A stretch of DNA of 63,783 bases, filler included, from Choristocarpus tenellus KU-1152 (GCA_964200185.2; 8 parts of 8 records of this genome joined end to end with filler, not necessarily neighbours in it); one strand, 5' to 3'. Positions 1-14,002 are shown, counted from the first letter of the whole stretch. Notes: generated by a model from the sequence alone, not told the origin. Made by a program: numbers and translations.

Positions 1-2461
1 CCCCCCCCACAGCTGCCCTGTCTGCGTTGCCGGCGCGATCGTGTCGGGGCACTCATCTCCCTACCTTCATCATCATCAGAAGCCGGATTATCCACACTTC
101 CCACTGCCCCCAGCGCTCCCCACCTCCTTCCGTTGCCGCCACTGCCAATACCTCCCATGGATGATCCCTTGCCAGGAATTGTCAGCCCCCAGTAACCCGC
201 TGGAGTTGGCGTCTTCGATACAGACGCCTTCACAAGCTTCTGAGGAGTGAAACTGGAATTGTTGTCTCTGCCGCCCCCTGCCCCCCCCCCAACATTGCTG
301 CCACTAGTCCCACTGTTGCGCTGGCCCTTCTTAGGAGTTCGCTCCTTCTTTAACCTTTGTGCTTCCTCCTCTTCAGGAGTTCGTTTCCGTGGAGGACGTC
401 CTGATTGTGTGTGTGCGGGTTGGGACAGGGGGGTTGGGGGGGTGGACCAGGAGGTTGAGGTTCAATGGGTGAGCAAGCAAGCTGTGACATGGGCAGGTTC
501 ACCCCTATTTGGATTGTTAAGGCTTTGACACAATTTAGTCGTGTATTTCTATATTCACTGCCACACAGGACAACAACAATCACGATTGGGGGATGAAATG
601 GGGAGGAGACAAAAATAATTATAGAGCTCACACTTTGATCTACCAAGGAAGAGTCATTTAAGCCCTTGGCCCTGGCAAGGGCACAATGAGGACACATCCT
701 CCTAAAACCAGACAACAAAAATCGAATTCTAACTCCCATATATTAGCAGGCATTTCAAGGCCAGTGCATGATACAACTGTGGCCAACCCTATCCCATGAC
801 TGACGTCACCACTTTCAAGGCTGCTACAAGCTTTTGGGAGAAGGAACAAGTGAGGAAAGTTAAGTCACCAAGGGAGGAAGTCAAGATCTATATCACTCTA
901 TCACTCTATCACCTCTACGAGTGGCTGGTTCGTTTGGGTTGTTGACCACTACCAGTCCTCGTACTGCCGCCAGAGCCACATCTGTCATGTCCTTGAAGCC
1001 CATTCCCTCAAACTCTGGGGAATCAGGGCGCAAATCCGTCCTAGCAAAGACAATATCTGCCTTGCGCTTCATGCTGGAGTTCCAGTGATTCTTGATGGCG
1101 TTGTCAGTACGCCCTGGCATCACCTTGGCAATCTCCGCCCACTTGTTCCCCAATAACCGGTGCTGCACCAGGATGGTACGGTCCTACCACGAAAAAATAT
1201 AAATCGGCAGTGAAATATGCCACCCACGGACGTAAGTGGGATGACATGACGTAGGGCAAGGAGAAGTACAGTTTCATTCAAGAAGATCACGTTGAAGTGA
1301 ACCTGACATATCACTGCGTAATAATCAATAGCACATATACACACAACGCAGATCAAGACCTGAGAATCATCAGACAACACCTCTCCTCTTCTCGTTCCTA
1401 TCCCTCATGCATATCCCTCACGCGTATCCCTGCAACTGGCAGTCTTCCGGGTGGTCCAACAACTCTGCGAATAGATCTTCAAAATCCTACGTATGTTTGT
1501 ATCACCATGCCATGTTCAAACGCTTTGCATTATCACTCACCTCAGCTGCAGACCAGGGGTTCTTGTTGATGTGAGGGTTGAGGTGGTTATGCCACCTCTC
1601 CCGACACTGCTTCCCAGTCCGTCCTGGGAGCTGCGCCGCAATCTGGCTCCACTTCTTGGCCCCAACCTCCCCCACTAGCTCCGCAACACGGCGGTCATCC
1701 TCTGCAGACCAAGGCCCCTTTGTGCCCCCGTTGAAAACCTTCGTCCAGCGGTGGAAGCACTGCATATCCGTCTTACCTACAACTTCCTCAGCCACCTGTC
1801 AATCAACAGGGATAGGTGCCGTCTACAAATGATTAGAAGACGTAACTAGCGAAATAGGAGAGGTACGATAGCTCCGTAGTCAATGTTCTTGAGTCTAACA
1901 TACAACCATAGTTCGAGAAGACGGTTAACATAATTGTGCTTGACAAATAATACTGGTGGCTTGTAGGATCTTCCCTCGGGGTCAGTTGAACGGAAGTCTA
2001 TACAGGGAATACCTTCCTACGCCGTATCATGTGCGCACCTTCCCCCAGTTGCTATTTCCGTGTTTCTCAACCGCGTCCTTTAGCTTCCCGTCTTCAACGG
2101 TAGACCATCTCGTCTTTATGGGCTTCCTTCGTTCCAACGCCACTGCCCCAGCAACTTCTGCAGCACGACTCTCGTCATTCTCCTTGCTCCCGTCGCTCTT
2201 CCTTCGCCCAGCGTTGGTGCTGCCATCCTCATCCTCGTCCTCATCCTCATCATCCCCCTCTTCATCGCACTCCAAAATCATCTCAGCTATACGTTTCCCA
2301 GTTTCATGTGCCTTCAAGGCAGCTGCACGTCGGCTTCGGCGTTCGCCCTGCCCACTGCAATCATCGGCATCGTCATCTGACGCTCCCGAGTATTCCGCGT
2401 TGACCAATACGTCATCCTCACATTGTTTATGCCCTACATCTACATGAGAATCTAGTTCCAT
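1..2461 (-). CDS. R1R2R3 (3R) MYB transcription factor, c-Myb/MYB3R-like; exons 2461-2039, 1795-1541, 1183-913, 400-<1 (3' end outside window)
   Basis: Three tandem MYB repeats after splicing at GT-AG sites with consistent phases: [26 protein letters not shown]|VAEEV..QCFHRW; [35 protein letters not shown]; KNPWSAAE|[35 protein letters not shown]. Acidic N-terminus; exon 4 begins with basic, NLS-like RPPRKRTP and stays open to the window edge. Confidence 0.95.
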
Positions 2462-4181
2462 TGGTGACGACCGCCCCCAGGACGGGGTCGGAGTCCGCCA
2501 AACTGCCTAGGAGGACGCAGGTCTTCAGACACCTGCGAAAGCGGAAAGTTGAGCGAGGAGGTTTAGAGGTGGGGACAAACATTACATGCTGAGAGTGGAG
2601 ACAAAGGTAGCCCACAAGTGCACGAGAAACACGATCGACACTCTAGGTTGCCAATAGTTACAGCCCTCTCACCCACTGAGGGCATTTCCTGTCATCCTAC
2701 CCCCTACCAGGCAATGCGCGCTTGTTTCACCCCCCTCCATGAAGCATGTTGGAGGTAGCGACAAAGAATGCTGCAGATATTTAAGTTGCGTACGGTATTA
2801 TCGTTGTGAGAGAGATGAGGAGGGCAAGCCAGCATTCGAAGTACCAAGCCACATACAGACCCCATTAAGTTGGCCATCACAGGGGATCCGTTAGAAACGA
2901 CGAAATCTTCGAATAGTCTTATTGCGATAGGCGAGCGCCCATTCCAAGTCAACAGAACTCGTAAGGAACACTTTGGCATTTGCACTGGTCATTTTGACTC
3001 CTAACCTCAGATCGCGTTATAAACGCACCTGAACAAACCGCCACAATTTTAAGCCCTGAGTGGCGAACGGTTCACAGTTGGGTTCTCTCCACTTGACTTC
3101 AAGCGCCCCGTCACCCTCAGGCTCCTCGTCCAGCTTTATATACCCTATAGGTTTATATTTACTTATGCGCTGCCCACTACTGTTTGCTTTTGCCGCCAAG
3201 GTCAAGCCTTATAGGAGTGCTCACCCCCCGTTAACCTTTTCCGGGTGTGGCATAGATGGAGTGATTTGGGTTTACAGGTACTTTCACTTGATTAATGTAT
3301 ATAGTAATACTGAACGCCTTTAGTCAATTGTTCACCCCAACCCGAACTCAACACCAACTGACGGAAATAATAACATAAAATTATACTTATCTCTCTAACT
3401 TACCATGATGACATGATATATATGATATATATCGAAAAAACGAAACAAAAATCAAAAACCGACTGAGAGGTTATTATTGATATCTTTCACTTGTATTATG
3501 TATGAAATATAAAAAACGTTATGTTTTCCACATGTCGTGGAAGGGAAAAGAAGGAACATACAATATGTATGTAGAATATGAATTATACATCACACACAGT
3601 AAAATGCAACAGTCAGTTTGATCAATAATTTCATTTTTTTTATCATAATGGAACCAACCCACTCCAAATCTCCAGTCATTCTAATCCTTTTGCAATACCC
3701 AAAATTGTACAACGATTATCAAGAGCAAAGTTTAGAAAAAAAATCCCTACCAATGACGTGGGTACATACCACCAAACGTTTGATTTTTGAGAGGGATTGG
3801 TATGGTTGGGTTTTACCACCATAACATTCAGGACATAGAAAAAAATACCACCTACCTACCTGGTCGTCCACAGATAGATCGTGGTCAGAAACACACACAC
3901 CAAGTAAGTACAACCACGGCTGGATGGAGTGAGCGACTGCGATACATTGGTAGCAAACGCGCACACACACAGTACACCCACCCACCTATGACACCACCCC
4001 TCTTCCTCCTCCTGTAGGATGAGGCAATACCCTGCCTGACAGTTACGGCTGTATCAGGGACCTAAATTCCTTCCTATTACTACAACTAGCTAGCAGCCAC
4101 AAAGAACGGACCGATGAGAACACGCGTACAGGTCAAGCGACACACTATGCAAAGGTTGGGAAAGATAAGCCATCACACTGC

Positions 4182-4365
4182 GACCCAAACTATCTTGGGG
4201 AGGGAGGGGTCTACAACAGGGTGTCCAGTTGGGTTAGAACCAGGAAAAGTGAACGTACATTATCCATACATACGACGTACGCAACCAAATCACCCAAAAA
4301 TCGGGACATGAAAAAATTGGCCCCAAATGGACAACCGCCACCCCCCCCCCCAGATACTTTGAACC
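4182..4365. mobile_element. MITE, family A (complete)
   Basis: GACCCAAACTATCT...AGATACTTTGAACC termini, inner GTCCA(G)TT/AAATGGAC motifs, flanks TGC/TGC; similar to copies at 20408, 51723 and 52761. Confidence 0.85.
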
Positions 4366-6577
4366 TGCCTGACCTTGCCGGAAAGGAGAAACCTTTCAGG
4401 ACGAAGGTCCGTGATCGTAATGGGACGATCATCCATCGTGTAGGAGGTCGCAGTCCAAGTACAATAGTGTGACCGGGGATTGGGTTTTGAATAATGAATA
4501 AATCGAGCTCCTCGAAAAAATTAAGCAATGCGCCGAACTGACTATGAGATGAGCATGAAGAAGTAAAACTACTTCTCAATACTAAAGTAATGGGTTTTAG
4601 ATTCCTTCAGACGGTTGTTGTTTTTGTGTTACGTAGTCTGGTATTTATTCGAACTGTTACATATTTTGTATGATGAAATGCGGATGTTTGCAACGTCATG
4701 AGGGTTGTGTCCTTCAAGAGGCCCTATGGTACATAGTGGTAGTTTGCATACGAACAATTACTAATAGTCTCGAGCTTGTGGGCTGATCGAGCATTTGGAT
4801 AGGAGGCGCCCTCGGTCATAACAACTGCCCGACTGAAGATATGTGTGGTGATGTTAACGACCAGAGCTTTCATCATCATTGCCACCAATTTCTTTCGCAT
4901 ATATGTCATGCGACAATACAAAGGCGAGGCCATGCGAACATATAGCAATCCGTGTCAGTATGGAATGAAGGTAACACTTCAACTCAAGCCAAGACCGAGT
5001 TCGACAACTCCAAATATTACCAGATAGATGTACGTTCTGGTGGTGTGGTTTGCGATTCTAATATATCGCTTGGTAGTTCAAGATGGTGCATATAACAAGC
5101 AGTGCTCGTCAAAGTCGACGCACACAACTTTTTGGGGGGAGTGGAACTACAACTTATACTAATCTGATGAGTGGGAACGTGAGATGGCAAGTGGCATCAA
5201 CCACCACCGCCAACCTCTGTCATTGACACAAGCCATGAAAACAGAAAATCAGTCCCACATATTATTTTAAGAGTTTGTAAGATTATTCATCATTTAAAAA
5301 GGAGTCAGGAATGGTGACAGTACACTACCTCCCAAATAGTTTGCATCCGTGGCAAAGACAGATCTTCTACGCAGTTCATGCTAACATGATGCCTTGGAAG
5401 TCACTATCTCATTATATATCAGCCTGAACTGAGCGATAAAGTTGCCCTAAGCACTGGAATGGTTCTCCAATGTGTATCGCTGACTGTGCCTCACCTTCGC
5501 AAAAGGTCAACCACCAAAGCCTCTTGAGATGAAATAGTCAACAGTTCACATTAACCATAGCTGACATATCATTACAAATAATTATGATTCGTGTATTGAG
5601 TACTGGAGAACATTCCCTTGCGATAGTGCATGGAATAGGGTGAGAACCCACATAGGCAAATTGGGTGAACTCAGGAAAACAGCAAGAAAGTCCGTTTGTT
5701 GTGTGTGCTACTGTTCCAAGGCGTAAGTTGTATTGATTGCTATCTGGAAACCCCGAGCATTGTAACCCTCCCCAATTGCCAGCATATTGCACGTAACATT
5801 GATTGGACTTGTGCACCACAATTATTGAGAAATCGAGGGACTGTTCTGTTGGGGGGTAAAACTTAGGGAGATATGCCCTTCGTATTCTGATCGTTTTGAT
5901 AGTTAAACGCTTGATAATACACATAATTTTGCGAGGGCTAGATCTATTCGGTAACAGCAGCAACTATCTACAACTACATTTAACCACGTATCATTAGATA
6001 TATAGGCTCATACTAGTACTATTAATTCGGTGCCCCTCATATTCCCAAAACCGCATCCACTCTGCACCCGCTAGACTAAGCAATAAGATCAATCTTTGTC
6101 CAACAAAGGAGTCAAGCAAAGGTAGGAGAATTTGTTGGCATCTATTCTTCCACGCAGCTTGCTCAGTCAGTGTCGGCACAACCCAATACCAGAGCTATTA
6201 ATACATGCTTATCTGGCTAACAAGTCGATTGGATAATGAACAGTCAAGATAACCAATACACAGTTCTAGGTTCCGACGGCCCACCATGTGTGAACTACAG
6301 TCACCTTTGTCTGAAGGCCAATGCCAAGATCGATTGAGTCAGGGAAGTTGCAAGTGGAAAGCACCACATTATTCAATCAATGTAGCTTATTATCATCAGC
6401 TAATTGTATAAATCATGTTGCCTTTTGTGCAATTGCCCCTACATCTTTATCTTGAAATTGATCTATACTAAAAGAAAATGTCAGTCAGACATCAAACCAC
6501 TGAAATCAACACCAAATACCTCAACAATGGTAGGCAGCACAACACCCAACAACAATTGACTGTAGCGCTTTGCATAA

Positions 6578-6740
6578 GGTTCAAATCATCTGGGGGGGGG
6601 GCTCGGCTGTCCAATCAGGGCCCATTTTTCCATTTCGCGATTTCGGGGTGAATTTGGGTGCATGCATCGGATGGATGATGCAAGCGAACTTCACCTGGTC
6701 AGGGCCCGAATGGACACCCTGGTGTAGACCCCCCCCCCCC
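6578..6740. mobile_element. MITE, family A, opposite orientation, truncated by gap
   Basis: GGTTCAAATCATCTG(n)..GTCCAAT ... AATGGACACCCTGGTGTAGACC(n); reverse-complement match to 4182-4365. Confidence 0.8.
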
Positions 6741-6840
6741 NNNNNNNNNNNNNNNNNNNNNNNNNNNNNNNNNNNNNNNNNNNNTTAATTAATTAANNNN
6801 NNNNNNNNNNNNNNNNNNNNNNNNNNNNNNNNNNNNNNNN
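6741..6840. other. Artificial contig linker (N44-TTAATTAATTAA-N44); identical linkers at 12037-12136, 17137-17236, 20574-20673, 43465-43564, 52979-53078, 59221-59320; separate 10-N gap at 41459-41468
   Basis: Identical 100-bp spacer carrying stop codons in all six frames. Confidence 0.98.
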
Positions 6841-6863
6841 CCCCCCCCCAGATACTTTGACCC
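6841..6863. mobile_element. MITE family A terminus at contig start
   Basis: C(n)AGATACTTTGACCC. Confidence 0.7.
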
Positions 6864-9800
6864 ACTCCCGTTGCCTGTACAAGAGACCTATGAATCTTGC
6901 TTGTGGTGAGATTCAATGAGTTGAAGTGGATTTGCACTATTTTTTGACAACTGTTTGTTTCATTATTATTGACCTGGTGTATGCAGATGCAGCGTGTGTA
7001 GAGACTGTGTTGTGGATGGCGCAAACATTTGTTGGGTGTAGTATTGTTAGTTCTTCTAATCAACAAATGTTTGCTTGCATGCCCCTGAGATGAGAGACCA
7101 CGTTAACTTTGCTGCCAGAAGGAGGAGGAGATCGCTCAAAATTCTTTCATCTCTTCCAATCGGGTTAGGCGGCAGAAAAAAAAAAGGCATGCTTGTACAT
7201 TATGTGCACAGGAGCCTCTATGGTATTTGAACTCTGTTTGCCATTTTCATTAAAAGACAAATGAAGAAATTTCTGTGGGGAATACCTCTCAACCCACACA
7301 CCCGACCTGCTGCGTCACCTGGGGGCAAAGGTGGCAGCACGTAGACACTGTCAACATAACAAAGCTGCAGCAGAAGCAGCTCGAGCGCGCTTTATGGCCC
7401 TTCAGCTGGAGGCTGCCATCAAAGCTGACCGTAGTCGAGAATTAGAGGTGCAGCAACAGGACATGATCAGGATAAGAAGGCAAGGGGTGTTAAGGGTGGC
7501 AGATGGTGGACTGAGGGAAGACTCAACTACAATGCCTCGTATTTGTGTAGGGACAGTCTTTTGACACACTCAAAATGGGTTGGTGTGAGAGTAGTGAAAG
7601 TGGCTCGTTCTCCTCGTCATGAATGAATGCACTCTTGATTGACACCCTTGTTTACGGGTGTCAAAGTTGAAGATAGTATGTTTGCGTCTTTGGGTATGAA
7701 TCATTCAAGGTGCTGCTGAGCGGTGATTTTCTTGGAGTTGTCAAAAGCTTAACTCCTCAAACCAACCAGACAAGGCGGGTAAGTGTGTAAGGTTTGAAGT
7801 CTTTCAAGACTGAATGCCAGAATTGTGGTTGATTCAAAAACATCACCCTAATAAGGCAGGCAAAAGGAGTGTCTTTGACTTTCCTTTCAAGAACATGCGT
7901 GGAAGTGGGACCAATCAAGTGAGATCTATGTGGGAGGGGTGGGCGTTCTCTTTCCAGAAAGCAGCAAGCTAACAAAAGCATGGCCTAGCCCTCCTCCCCC
8001 TCTGGCCATGAGAACTTCAACAATATCCCAACCACACCAGCCCAATGATCCTCCATACGCAGGTGGAAGAGATATATCAAGCATCGTTTTGAGTGACCAA
8101 CATGCGACACAAGTCCACACTCAAATATCCCTGGCTCCCCACTCATGGCCCTGTCCCTGAAGCCAACTACACTGTGTAATATCCAAGCCTGGCGCCCTAC
8201 CTTCAAGCACCTCCTATTGTTCTCCTTATCTCTTGTCTGATGTTATCTTTGAGAACGATTCCTTGTTCCTGTCCCCAATACTGCTTGGACGAACAGGGGC
8301 TGGGAAGCACAGCAGTCTGTGTTGGAAGGGCTCAAGGCGGTGGAGGCTCGTGGGGACAGCATACTGCTCGACAAAATCGTTTGTTTAGCAGGTCCCAGCT
8401 GATCGTCAAGTGGTGATAAAATTTAGGGGCCCTGTTCTTTGTGTCTTGCATTTCCTCTGGTATACACAGTGCGCGCCCGAGCAAGGACGGTACGTCCTCA
8501 ATGAAGGGGAAGTTGTAACTTGTGATCTGGAGTGGGCGGAACATGGGTGAGCAAGCATGTTGGTGTGTCTTTGTTTTTTTTCTCCGTGCGTGCACGCCTG
8601 TGTGGGTATATGCATTGCGCATTGCCTTGGGAGTGCAAAAGGTCACCAGTGGCAACAGTTGATGTGTGTCAGTCAGTGCCGGAGGGATGCTCAGATAAAC
8701 CTTGACTCTGGGTCAGGTGAACTTGGTGTTCGAAGTAGTTTGTGGGAACCATGGGTCACCACAATATACTTCAAACCTAAGTGGAATTTTCACCTTCACC
8801 TTTTGTCAAGAAAGTATAGTAAGGCAGGGTCTTAGACTAAGACAAGAGTTGGAACAGGAGCAGTAGCAGAAGGATAACCTTCAGCTTTAATAACCACTGA
8901 AAGGAGGTTTAAAGGAGACACGGGGCAAGCTGGGAACCTGCTCAGACATAAATACTGTAGGCTATGGAAGCAAACTCTTCAAAAGACGAATTTAATGCTC
9001 TGGATAGGCAAGCTACCCTATGGCGAAATATTCGAACAAACACATTATTATTAAGTTGCTTTCTGGTGTGTTTTGAGGCACTTATGAGTATTGTGCCTGC
9101 AACGAAGCCCTGCTTTCACAAGTCCATCATCACAGAGCTGTTATGCCGTGGAGGGTAAGTGAGCAAACGAAGTAGGGGCAAGCGGTTAAGGGAGGGTGAT
9201 ATGTGCCCCAGAAAAAGTGTGGGCATTGCACACACAAAGTATTGTAGAAAATCCGTTCCCATTCAAGGCTACATTTTGAGGACTTTATATCTGATACTGT
9301 GGTATGATGCATCATGCATGAGCATTCCTGAGATTAAAGAAGACTGAATTCTTAGCATTGGACGGTGCTGACTTTGAGACCTGACATTTGAACATGTTTG
9401 GCTTCATCACATCCTGTGGACTTTGGCAATGGCATATTAGTGAGCAAATACGGCGATACTTCTCAACTCTTTGTTTGCATTGGTTTTATTTTAACATATT
9501 GGACCTCATGCGTTGATTTGTTTGCCTTTGAATCTCGACTTGCTGTGATTAATAGACACATATGTGTACTCGAACGGAGAAGATATTGCACAAACTCAGT
9601 GCACCAATATCAGAAGTCAGATGTGTAACACATGGTGGGGTAGGTGAGCGCGCTGGAGCAAAGATCGCTCTGAAGGTCTTCCACTCTGTGAAATGTTGCA
9701 CGATGGTTTGAGTCTGGAAAGTTGCATGAAGTGCTCCAATACTGCTTCCACTAGGAAAAGTTTGGAACAGTTGTGCACAGCTTGTCTTTACACACATGTA

Positions 9801-11971
9801 CAAGGTGAATGTAATCTGAGGTCATGCATCTTCAACATCCAAACCTTGTGCATATATGCTGTCCAATCTAGCAATATTAAGTGGGAAGCCATGTACAATG
9901 CTTGTTCCAATCAGGTGACCATGAGGATTCGAACTGTTTGACCCCCCCCCCCCCCATCTGACCTCGGAAGTACGAGAGTATGAATCATGTTTCAGTGCTG
10001 TAGAGTGCCATGGCCTTCTGTAGTTTGTTCAACCCAAACAAGTATCTACCATGACAAGAAAACACCTACGGATGGTTACCACATACAGCACACTGTCATT
10101 GTCGAAAGAAACCAACCACTCCTTTGCTATTCATGCTCACAATCATTTTGTTCTGTTGCTCACCCCTTCTGCAGGATAGAGCAATGACTTTATTGTGCAT
10201 TGTTGAGTTACAAGTAACTCGTTATTTTACTGCCTATCCAGTTCCGCCCACCCCCACAAGTGGTTAGAAACGCAGGTAGGATAATGTATCCCAAAGTTCC
10301 AGTCCTTTCGCCTCCTTGTTCTATATATTTGTTCAACCGTTTTTTTTGGAGACTTCAACTAAGTTCAACTCTATCATACTTCAAATAAACACATAGTGTA
10401 ATAATGAACTTCCTCGTATGCACTCCAGTAGTGTAGATACGCTAGCATCTCTCAAGACTTGAAGGCTTACAATGACAACACTTGGCTTTTTACCCAGTAC
10501 AAGCTAGGCCTTTGATTCACTGCTGGTGTATGGTTTTCTGAGTTCCTTTTTGATTGACCGTATTAAGTCCTTACTAGATTTACTTGGACAGAATTTCTTT
10601 GTGTCGAAACGACTGGAGTTCACATGAAGACTCTGTGGCTTCAACAACAGGAGTCTTTTTTTAGCAGGTCGCCGACTTAATCTGCTTAGTTCTTGACATC
10701 CACTGAATAAGCGATAGGAGATCAACAGATTGGTGTGAGGTTATGGCATCTGCCTAAAAAAGTCTATGTAGTTCAACATGTTGTGCTGTTGATGGCTTCT
10801 TGCACAATCATACCTCACCAACAAAAATCCTTTTTCAAATTTTAGACGATGCCAGATTAGGAAGAGCAACATACATCGTTGTTGGAGCTTGACTAAATAA
10901 AATGATGTGACGCTTTGCAATACCCTACGGCGATTCTATAGTACTACTAAGACTGCAGCAAGCTACTGAGCTACTTCTTGGAGGTACACGGCCTGTTCAT
11001 AAGCACAAACCACCCTGTTCCCCATTTTTTCTATGATTGTGTAACTAAGTTGTATTCTTCTACTTTCTTGCATTTTTCCAAATGGCAGTGCATAAAAACA
11101 ACGGGGAAAAGCGCCATATAAGGGCGAAGATACATAGCAAACTTCAATAAAAATCCCATGCCACTTGACTGTGTACAAATTGTTTCACGGCATACTACAT
11201 CACTGGGATGTGTATCTGCACGAGGGAGACACCTGTGCCCAAGACAGTTACAACGAAAAATTGTCGTTGCTTGTCGTCAGCCCTCAGCTGGCCTCTAGGG
11301 TCGGTGACTAACACCATGAATGGACCAAAACCGTCTACAGTTGATGGAACGGGACGAAAGATGTGCGCACCTCAAGCATACAGCAATCGCTAAGCCACAA
11401 CCAAAGATGGGCTCACACCGTGTAGTGAACAACACAATTTAAATCAAACCCTAAGTCTCGTACAAGTAGCAGGCTTAGGGCACAAAAGACTGCAACTTTC
11501 AAGGGATCTTGAAAACGGGTACACACTCTATGCTATATGGTCCCTTATCGATCGCTCTCCTCCCAAATCGTTGCTCACCAATTGATAGCACCTATGGAGG
11601 TGTAGAGTTTAATCCTCCCACATGCCTTCCATGATCACAAGGTATGGTGTGACTTTCTATATCATCACACCACCATTCAGAACATCTGTGGTGATGTGTA
11701 CACTCACCGATATGATATCTTGCACTCTTCAGGACACCTGCACTTTTCAGCCCATCCTACAATATTCCTGAGAAAGCATACATAACTGTCTGTCACGGAT
11801 GTAGATCTTTATAACATTCTCAGTTGTTCTTGAGGTTCAAGGTCCACTTATTAAGCATTTTGTGGGTTTTTCTCCAAGGATATGAGCTGAACTATCCTAG
11901 AGGAGGGGATTCTTGATCATAAGAGGCCTCTATGATTGCCCCTTCTGGTTTTGATGTTATGTGTGGGATCA

Positions 11972-12036
11972 GAGCCAAAGTATCTTAGAGGGTAGAGCCG
12001 CGTCCATTTGGGGATCAAAATACAATGTTGTGATTT
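11972..12036. mobile_element. MITE family B, short-spacer end, truncated by gap
   Basis: GAGCCAAAGTATCTTAGAGGGTAGAGCCGCGTCCATTTGGG; near-identical to the start of 45876. Confidence 0.85.
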
Positions 12037-12502
12037 NNNNNNNNNNNNNNNNNNNNNNNNNNNNNNNNNNNNNNNNNNNNTTAATTAATTAANNNNNNNN
12101 NNNNNNNNNNNNNNNNNNNNNNNNNNNNNNNNNNNNGGGTTGTCTCACTTCTACTTGTATTATGTTTCTTTAAGCACTGTGCTTTTTTCTTCAAAAAAAA
12201 AAAAATGAATATTATTAACCTCTAACGTTTTCGGCTCAATTAAACACCTCATTTACTCCACTCAATCAAGATCAAAATAGTTAAATCAAACTGAAGGCAA
12301 TCGAACCGTTGCAGCTAGCAACACCAGAAAACACACCCCACATAATATATGACACCATATGTGTGATTAGGCAAAAGAACAGTAATCCTTACGTTGCACT
12401 TGTATCGAAATTAAATTATTGCAGTGGTATCAACGATTAAGGGTTAGGGTTAGTTGTATCACTGGTTAAGCTCTGTGTCTAATGAATGCTCCCTATTCTT
12501 GC

Positions 12503-12615
12503 CTGTAAGTGATCACGTCTGGCCTGGATCTCTTTGGCTTGTTCAACTTTGCCTCCTGGAGTAGGGATACAGCCTCTCGCCAACGACCTTGACCTCCACA
12601 GGCACTGATCACCTG

Positions 12616-12647
<32 letters not shown>

Positions 12648-13652
12648 ACAGAAGAAGTAAAGAACAAAAAAAGAACAAGAAAATAAGCGAAAGAAGAAAA
12701 AACGTTGTTCGGTAATGTGAGGGATGAAATAAAAAAAGGTACTCACTTGCAGCCCGAGAAGATAGGGTACTATATTTTGCTAGATTGAATACGTTGAAGT
12801 GTTACATATATATATATATATAAATGTTTTTCTTATGTTTTGAGACATTGGAGAAAAAAAGGAGTAAATATTTGACAGGCAGACCAAAGCAAGAGACCGA
12901 TCGACCACACCAACAAATTGACGACTTGTGGGGGGTAGTGAGTAGTTTTGAAATATTGGTAGTGAGTAATGTTGAAGTATTGGTAGTGAGTAATATTGAA
13001 GTATTGGTAGTGAGTAATATTGAAGTATTGGTAGTGAGTAATGTTGAAGTATTGGTATTGAGTAATATTGAAGTATTGGTAGTGAGTAATATTGAAGTAT
13101 TGGTATTGTCGAGGTGGGTACAAAGTATGTAACAAGAAGGAAAGGGCGGAGTGGGGAAATAAGGTAATACCATTTTTCTAATAAACAATGAAATGACAAA
13201 TTGTCTGGATAATAGAGAGATTATGACAATATTAACAATAAACAATAATAATAATAAAATGGTATAATAGATTGATGACGGCAACATCGATAATACTAGT
13301 AACGGCGAAAAAAAATTACACACAGAAAAAAAAAGAAAAGCCTAGCATAGGTAGGTTAGAAAAAAAAGCTTTGTTCACAAAAAATATAAAACTTGTATAC
13401 GTATGGGAGGTCTCATGAAAAAAATAAATATACATAGGACAACAAGCACCCGAAGTCATGGCACAGACACGCCTCGGCAGGGTTTATGAAATCCATAAGG
13501 GGTACTCCGAGAGAGGCATTGCGGTCCTCCTTGCCTTATTGTATATGGAGATATTGGGGATAACTTTGTCCGGCCTCATCTCTCGGAAGGCCTCCAAGCA
13601 CTCCTCCAAGCGTCGTGATGAGAGCAGGGCATGGATGAGCGCGGTGTGAACC
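12503..13652 (-). CDS. Pentatricopeptide-repeat (PPR) protein, internal exons 13652-13535 and 12612-12503
   Basis: Spliced product VHTALIHALLSSRRLEECLEAFREMRPDKVIPNISIYNK|VISACGGQGRWREAVSLLQEAKLNKPKRSRPDVITYS fits two consecutive PPR motifs; AG acceptors, apparent GC donors. Confidence 0.8.
12936..13108. repeat. Intronic minisatellite, 24-bp unit, about 7 copies
   Basis: (GTAGTGAGTAATATTGAAGTATTG)n. Confidence 0.95.
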
Positions 13653-14002
13653 CTGGAGGAAAAAGGGATAAAAAAAAAGAAGAAAGTATATTTATTTATA
13701 CATACATGTTCCTAGTGTACTCCTACATATGTGTGCTTAGGAATGTGTTCAAATTAGAAGGAAAAAAATGTGTTGTATGTATGCTCGATGCAAGTATGAA
13801 TCATACGTAAGTAGACAATGGTATATTAACATGTAAGTATCATCTTGGTACTACTGAACGATATTATTATTTACTTATTATTACTACATAAGAATTGTTT
13901 TATAATTATTGATATTGTTTCTTCACAATCGTTGGGACAGGAAGTGACTGGGTTTGTTCCAAAATAAGAAGTCAAGTTAAGGAAAGGGAAGACCATAAGT
14001 GC

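Noticed and set aside
350-739. ORF 350-739 as MYB exon 4
   Set aside because: Using the acceptor at 505 leads to an early stop; the acceptor at 401 gives the correct phase and a frame open to the window edge.
3017-3205. 62-aa ORF upstream of MYB as an exon
   Set aside because: No recognisable domain or supportable splice chain.
5538-6400. Minus-strand ORFs as a gene or RT
   Set aside because: No diagnostic motif; probably decayed TE but unassignable by eye.
6578-6863. One MITE spanning the gap (also 20408-20743)
   Set aside because: Both sides carry the same end type and flanks do not form a TSD; contigs are artificially joined.
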